Notes under the pieces: model-generated | The model's database searches: none | What the model was told of the DNA's origin: nothing | What the model saw: only the letters and a program-made list of their open reading frames with translations | Shown here: positions 58,407 through 64,000 of the stretch, piece after piece | Layout of the letters: each line of letters begins with the position of its first letter | Numbering within the stretch: the stretch's first letter is position 1 | Made by a program: the position numbers and the translations under genes | Assembly (NCBI GenBank): GCA_963775465.1 | Contig: CAVZIW010000010.1 | Coordinates: forward strand, 32,001-96,000 | Reading direction: 5' to 3' | From: Candidatus Bathyarchaeota archaeon | GTDB lineage: Archaea; Thermoproteota; Bathyarchaeia; Bathyarchaeales; Bathycorpusculaceae | DNA length: 64,000 nt

Positions 58407-58601
58407 ATGTTGCCCACCAAAATATACACCCGCAGTTTACCGAATAAGCAACATAGGCAAATTCGACCGCACGGCCAGATTGCAACGTTCTGCTGTAACC
58501 GATGCAAAATTCTCCTATGCTACAAATGCAACCTCAACATGGCAATTAGAGGGCTAAAGAAAAGTGGGAAATGCCACATGTGCGGAGGAAAACTGCACTG
58601 A
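58407..58601 (+). CDS. Small Cys/His-rich Zn-finger-like protein
   Basis: CCxxCxxxxCxxC...CxxC pattern. Confidence 0.4.
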   Translation: MLPTKIYTRSLPNKQHRQIRPHGQIATFCCNRCKILLCYKCNLNMAIRGLKKSGKCHMCGGKLH

Positions 58602-58744
58602 ATCTCAATATTATTTGCTACAAATTATCAAAGAAACGAAGAACCATCTAACTAGCTATTTTATAGAATCTAATGCAGAACTTAATCATTCTATATTTTT
58701 CCAATACTTTTAAAAACTTAAAAAAAAGGAAAGATTGTTTTTGT

Positions 58745-61309
58745 TTATGGCCGCTTTCGTAGCATCAGTAACGCCAGTATAATTCCAACGATAAAGATTG
58801 AAACTATTATTCCAGCAACGGCTGGAACAAAGTACATGTCAGCGACAGATTGCACTGGAGCTTCAGTTGGCATTGGAGTTGCAGGAGCTGGATCAACTGC
58901 AAAAGAGGTCACTGCGTGTGATGGCCAGTAAGATTCGCTGCCTGCAAAAGAGGCGTAAACAGTGTATAGACCTTCTATGTCAGGTTTCCAGTTATAGGTG
59001 AAAAATCCGTCAGTGCTTGTTGTGGTACCGATTTCGCGGTAGTTTCCATTTGAGTCAACAACGCTCAGTACGATTGGAACGCCTATTGTGTCTGTAGGGC
59101 GAGGTTTCTGCATGTAAACGTAGTCCATCCATAGACCTTGACTTGCATCTGAAACTGCAGGAACACCGTTGGGGAAACGTGCAGCTTGCTCGTTTTGATT
59201 TGTGCCGGCAGCAATATCTGTAATTGTACCTTGAATTAATACACTACTTCCCAAGTTAACAACGTTATTTGGCACACTGACTGTCGTTGCGCTTGGTCCT
59301 TTGCCAATACAGTATAGTTGACCATCATAATAGTTGTAGTATACCCAAAATCCGTCTGCGACAACAGTGCCATCCCGACCGAGTTGTCCTCCGAATGCAT
59401 CAAGAGTAAAGATTTCTGTTCCGTCAGTTGCATTAACACATCTTGCAAGTGCCCCTTTCCACATTGGCGTATCAGGTGAGTGTTCACTAGACATCATGTA
59501 GACTTTTCCGTCAGCAAGAGCATATATGAATGTAGGGTATCTACCCCAAGATGACTGCAGATTTGTACTTGTGCTGTTTCCTGTTCCACCATTTCCGTAG
59601 CTCCATAACAGTGTTCCATCTTTAGTATCCCAGCAATATAGCACTCCATCCCATCCTATGTTGTAGAGACGTCCGTATGCGGTAGCTGGAGTTAAGCCGA
59701 CAGTGCCCAAATCGAAATATGCTAAGTCAGAAGCACCTTCAACAGGAGGGGTCTGCCACATTAAATCTCCCGTGTCAAGATTGTAACCTATCTGCAATGA
59801 TGTTTCTTTGTCTCGGAACATTATAACTCGGTTGACTGGATCTATTGCGGTTAATCGACGTGTTACGTTGTTAGGCGGCGCTGAATAATCTTTCATCCAT
59901 AACAATGAGCCTTCGTGGCCTGGTTTCAGACTAATAGCCCACATAGTGTACGGATCTGGGGTGAGAAATGAACTAAATCCGGCAAAGGAGGTCGTTCCTA
60001 AAATTATGTCACCAACTAACGCGTACCTTATGGCTGTTGACGTTGGCAGTTCTGAGGGTAAGGTGACATTCCAGTCATAACGCTCCGGTAAGCTTGCATC
60101 TATCTCGCTATTGATCCATCCTGCAGGGTTAGTACCGGAAAGAGGCAGTAGTCTGGAAGAGTTCCATTGAGCAAGCCAATGATTTCTCAAGTCAATCTGG
60201 TAGCGCAGTATTTCTCCTTTTGGTCCAGCTGCAGCAAAACCTGAAGGCACATTAGTAACATTCAAACCGGTTAGCTGTCCCGTGCGGGGGTCAATTGCCT
60301 GCCATGTCTGAGTGCTAAATCCAGAAGTTACCATAAGCAAACCATCTGGCATTACGCCATGCTGATTCTCATAGTCAAGAGCATAATAGTAGCCAAATGA
60401 TGGAACCCCAACACCTGTAGTATTGAAGGTCCATAGTTCTTCTCCAGTTCGTAGATCGACCGCTGCATATCCGCCGTTGCTTCCGTAATTCTGGTAGGGC
60501 ATTTCAAAGAACAACCTACCACCCATCGCTATTGGGTTGAGAAATCGCGGATTATAAGTGAGCCCTTGATAGAAGGTTTCACCCGGTGTTCCTAAGCCGC
60601 TTCCTCCTACAACACCTGCATCACTGAGGGGTTTGGTCCACATTACGTGTGCGCTACCAGGTGCTGTGCCGTCTGGTTGGTATAATTGATGTGCTGTATT
60701 TCCAGATATGTATGGACTTCCTAGCCAGTTTGACGCAATTGTCCACCAGTCAGTGTTTTGTCCTTCGATGGGTCGTGTCCAGTATTCTGTTGGCAAGGGA
60801 TAACTGTTTATGGGAGCAGGTAAAGGTTCGTCTTGCACGGTTATTTTTACTGTCTTGCTAGTTGCACCTAGAAAGACTGTGTTGGTCCATTGTCTCATCG
60901 TGGAAGTGTCATTCCATGTATATACCTGATCAGGAAAGCTAAACACAAAAGAATAAGTGCCAACCTGGTCAGGGGTATATGAAGCCACTTGCCCGTTTCC
61001 TGTATCTTGAATGACAGGCCAATACATGGTTTCATTTTTTCCATCGGGTTTTGTGATCGTTAGGGTGTAGTCGTGTCTTCTTATGTCATTAGTTACTGCT
61101 GCACCAGGAAAAGTTGGGTTAGCGAACATGATTATTGTAAGTTTTTGCCCTACACCTATTGGGTCTGGTGACACGTCAAGGAGTGGCCAAGATTGTGTTT
61201 TTGACTCCGCACTAGCAGGTTGCAGAAATACAATGGAAACAAGCGTTGACATTAGCAGAAGCATACATATTATAGTTACAAGTTTTTTTTTTGAAAATTG
61301 CGATAACAT
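58745..61309 (-). CDS. Secreted PQQ-like beta-propeller protein (paralog 2)
   Basis: Same architecture and motifs as 36590..39217 (PxGVGQ, PTEYWTRPI, RFPNGVPAVS, ADMYFVPAVAGII). Confidence 0.85.
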   Translation of the reverse strand: MLSQFSKKKLVTIICMLLLMSTLVSIVFLQPASAESKTQSWPLLDVSPDPIGVGQKLTIIMFANPTFPGAAVTNDIRRHDYTLTITKPDGKNETMYWPVIQDTGNGQVASYTPDQVGTYSFVFSFPDQVYTWNDTSTMRQWTNTVFLGATSKTVKITVQDEPLPAPINSYPLPTEYWTRPIEGQNTDWWTIASNWLGSPYISGNTAHQLYQPDGTAPGSAHVMWTKPLSDAGVVGGSGLGTPGETFYQGLTYNPRFLNPIAMGGRLFFEMPYQNYGSNGGYAAVDLRTGEELWTFNTTGVGVPSFGYYYALDYENQHGVMPDGLLMVTSGFSTQTWQAIDPRTGQLTGLNVTNVPSGFAAAGPKGEILRYQIDLRNHWLAQWNSSRLLPLSGTNPAGWINSEIDASLPERYDWNVTLPSELPTSTAIRYALVGDIILGTTSFAGFSSFLTPDPYTMWAISLKPGHEGSLLWMKDYSAPPNNVTRRLTAIDPVNRVIMFRDKETSLQIGYNLDTGDLMWQTPPVEGASDLAYFDLGTVGLTPATAYGRLYNIGWDGVLYCWDTKDGTLLWSYGNGGTGNSTSTNLQSSWGRYPTFIYALADGKVYMMSSEHSPDTPMWKGALARCVNATDGTEIFTLDAFGGQLGRDGTVVADGFWVYYNYYDGQLYCIGKGPSATTVSVPNNVVNLGSSVLIQGTITDIAAGTNQNEQAARFPNGVPAVSDASQGLWMDYVYMQKPRPTDTIGVPIVLSVVDSNGNYREIGTTTSTDGFFTYNWKPDIEGLYTVYASFAGSESYWPSHAVTSFAVDPAPATPMPTEAPVQSVADMYFVPAVAGIIVSIFIVGIILALLMLRKRP

Positions 61310-61441
61310 AGAATTTACTTTCTCCTATTTCTTAGGTAACTATTAATTTTGCAAGAAAAACAATTAAGACTAACTCATTGGGAGAGAGTTTAATTTATAT
61401 ATCCTATATCCCCACCCAAACTATAGTAGAGTTAGGCATGG

Positions 61442-62132
61442 ATGATAAACAAAGACGCAGATAATTCGGTCAAAGATGAAGAAATCGTAGTAAATAAAGT
61501 ATACGAACTAATGGAAACCCTTGACACGGTCAAAAAATACAATGTACTCCAAAAGCATTTTAATAAATTCGCCATTATCGTTATCAGCTCTATCGTTCTT
61601 TTAATAGTCATCAACACTTACCTAAATCTCTCCGGTTTGTTGAATAATTTCACTCAACCCCAACGATTCTTTCTGACATTTCTTCTTATAGTAATACCTC
61701 TAAGTGGAGATGCTGTTGGCATTCTATATATAAGACGAAAAATCAATGCTGTCAAAACAGGCGAGTGGAAAGATGAGCTTTCCAAAGGGTTCCCCTTTGC
61801 CCTAAAAATGCTTTCAGAAATTAATTGGGATTTATCTTTCGACGTTGCCTCATCGAGTAAACTGAGTTATGCAATGTACGGTCTAGTGAAAAGGGGTAGC
61901 CTACTGGACTGTAACCTATTTCGCATTAGGCTTTGCCTTCAACCTTACCTCTTTTTTAATACTGAACCAAACAAGAGTGTTTGGTGGAGCTTCATTGTGG
62001 ATTTCACTTCTCATAGTTTTTGCATATTTGAAAACGGATCTTTCTAGACGTTTTAATGAGATTCGAGAGCTAGATAAACTGCACTGGGATCTGCGGAGAG
62101 TAAGTTATGAGGTCAGAAACGCAGAGATATAA
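61442..62132 (+). pseudogene. Membrane protein with a +1 frameshift at an A4G4 run (about 61889-61896)
   Basis: The shifted frame gives GVAYWTVTYFALGF...DLSRRFNEIRELDKLHWDLRR...AEI, ending at 62132 and overlapping the next gene. Confidence 0.65.
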
Positions 62133-62403
62133 ACCAGATCTTTATGTTATAGCTCGAATCATTAAAGTACTTAAAGAAAAAGACCACTTGCATAAGACTG
62201 CTCTTGCTACTTGCACAGGTTTGTCTTATGATAAATTAATCAAGTATCTTGCATGGTTGTCAGAGAAAGGCTTCATTGAAATCAACAAAGAAGAGTTTGT
62301 TGTTTTGACAAAACAGGGATCCGAAGCATACGATGAACTTGTACAGTGGATAATGAAGAATATAGGTCAGCTAAAGTTTCCCAGATTGCGCTTAAAAACA
62401 TAG
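62107..62403 (+). CDS. Winged-helix DNA-binding protein (HTH_45-like)
   Basis: KTALATCTGLSYDKLIKYLAWLSEKGFI...LTKQG. Confidence 0.8.
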   Translation: MRSETQRYKPDLYVIARIIKVLKEKDHLHKTALATCTGLSYDKLIKYLAWLSEKGFIEINKEEFVVLTKQGSEAYDELVQWIMKNIGQLKFPRLRLKT

Positions 62404-63230
62404 TTTTTTTGCTTTTTACCTTATTGTATGGGCTATTCTTTAGTCTAACGATTTGCTACAATCAAGAGAACTCGTTTTTCCTCTTCTGCGCGTGCTTTGT
62501 TACTTACTGAGGCCAGTATGTCACTAACCTACTCAATAGCTTTTGTTAACTTTAGTCATATAATCAACTAATAAGACTTCAAAACTCGGGCCATAATAAG
62601 GATCTCGATAAAATTAAAGAATTAAACAAATCGCAATTTCCTGATGTTGAACTTCTTTATGTTACGACTGGACCAGCTGAGAGCTTCCTTCGGGTTACTA
62701 AATCGACGCCTTTTGAGAGGCAGGATTTTTCTGTGCGATTACTCTACAATATTGAAGGGTTGTAGATTCTTTTTAGTTTCTTGAGGGCAAAAATACCATA
62801 CAATAACCATAGTGAGTTAGGTTATTCATTCTCCTTTAACCTAAAAATCCAGAACCCCAGCAAACCCTTAATGTTTTGCATAAATCCTATTTCTTTTTAG
62901 ATATATTGAATGTTGTGTTGTTTGTGCTGTCTTGTTTTTAATATTTATTTTTCATGGACCTGATTTTGTAAGTAAAATGTTCAGTTTGAAATTATACAGT
63001 TTTTCATGTTATTTATTCTATTAATTTATATAGCTAATATTTTGTCGAACTAATTCGATTAAAAACTTAATTGCTTATATAGAATGATTCATAACATCGT
63101 TATAAAATTAATATAATCGTAAATTTGCAAAGTTATATATACTAATTGCAAACAAAATATGCACTCTGTTAAGCAAATTTATTCTAGTGAACTTGTTTAA
63201 CATTAAAGAAATAAAATTGGAGAAAATAAA

Positions 63231-64000
63231 ATGAAAAAACTAAACAAGAAATCATTCTCTTTAATTTCATTGTTTCTAATGCTATCAATGGTTATCCCCT
63301 TTGCAGCCGTTCCTGCTACAACTGCCCACACACCAGCATGGGAGATTCCCTCTTTCGCTTACATTGCTGCGCAACCAAGTCCCGTGGGCGTAGGGCAACA
63401 AGTACAGGTTTACATGTGGGTTGACGCACCTTTAACATCAGCCTCCGAAGCCAACGACATAAGAAGACACGACTACACCCTAACGATCACAAAGCCTGAT
63501 GGAATTAAAGAAACAGAGCAGTGGCCAATCATTTGGGATACAACCGGCGTACAATTTTATTCATTCACACCCGACCAAGTTGGCGACTACACTCTGCTAT
63601 TTGAGTACAAAGGCCAAGAATATACTTGGAACACAACGTACTCTACAAGAACTTGGGCAGGAGATATTTTTCTGGCAGACAGCGCAACAACAACATTAGT
63701 TGTGCAACAAGAACCATTAACTCCACCTATACTAAGTTATCCAATCCCAAGCGAATACTGGACTAGACCCATAGAAGGACAGAATACCGATTGGTATAGT
63801 ATCTCCTCCAACTGGCTCAATTCTCCATTCAATTGGGTCGGAGACAGTGGCACACAGGGTGCAGTGTCATCTTGCGATACCCAAGGCGGTTACGGCAGAT
63901 TACAGCCAGACGGTATTGCACCTAACAGCCCACACATAATGTGGACAAGACCTATGCAGGACGGCGGAGTTGTTGGCGGCGACATATATGCTGTCGAAGG
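63231..64000 (+). CDS. Secreted PQQ-like beta-propeller protein (paralog 3), 3'-truncated by the window edge
   Basis: GGAGA RBS, MKKLNKK signal peptide, PSPVGVGQ, NDIRRHDYTLTITKPDG and PSEYWTRPIEGQNTDW. Confidence 0.85.
   Translation, partial: MKKLNKKSFSLISLFLMLSMVIPFAAVPATTAHTPAWEIPSFAYIAAQPSPVGVGQQVQVYMWVDAPLTSASEANDIRRHDYTLTITKPDGIKETEQWPIIWDTTGVQFYSFTPDQVGDYTLLFEYKGQEYTWNTTYSTRTWAGDIFLADSATTTLVVQQEPLTPPILSYPIPSEYWTRPIEGQNTDWYSISSNWLNSPFNWVGDSGTQGAVSSCDTQGGYGRLQPDGIAPNSPHIMWTRPMQDGGVVGGDIYAVE

Noticed and set aside
130-63699. The many 60-170 aa ORFs antisense or out of frame to long genes (e.g. 4739..5041, 19462..19770, 31428..31778, 40510..40908, 45475..45981, 52618..53034, 63499..63699)
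   Set aside because: They are shadows of well-supported genes and show no recognisable motifs.
1-64000. CRISPR array, rRNA, intact tRNA, or reverse transcriptase/DGR
   Set aside because: No regularly spaced repeats, full cloverleaf or RT motifs were seen by eye. Only tRNA 3' fragments were found.

Overview
Archaeal genomic DNA, most likely Bathyarchaeia (TACK). This is inferred from aEF-1alpha, RadA, short XPF, GGTGA/GGAG ribosome-binding sites and expanded secreted PQQ-like beta-propeller paralogs. About 1-35 kb is housekeeping and metabolic: dinB, metG, rqcH, radA, pncB, tuf, xpf, glycosyltransferases and redox genes. It also holds three unusual enzymes: a CysRS paralog with a remodelled Zn site and no anticodon domain; a thiolase that has lost its catalytic residues, coupled to a DUF35-HMG-CoA synthase fusion; and an RNase HI-glyoxalase fusion. 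About 40.6-58 kb is an integrated island that starts at a tRNA-Pro-like 3' remnant next to a tyrosine integrase. It carries a divergent pair of homologous ribbon-helix-helix genes (CI/Cro-like layout), a long nested hairpin, a RelE toxin-antitoxin pair, a minimal PolX and an arrestin-like protein. The most notable cargo is an operon of a cytoplasmic thermolysin-like metalloprotease and a ComEC-type MBL hydrolase, a candidate protease-activated nuclease defence module. Three PQQ-like surface-protein paralogs flank the island. No intact rRNA, tRNA or CRISPR array was seen. All family assignments come from reading motifs by eye; no database searches were run.
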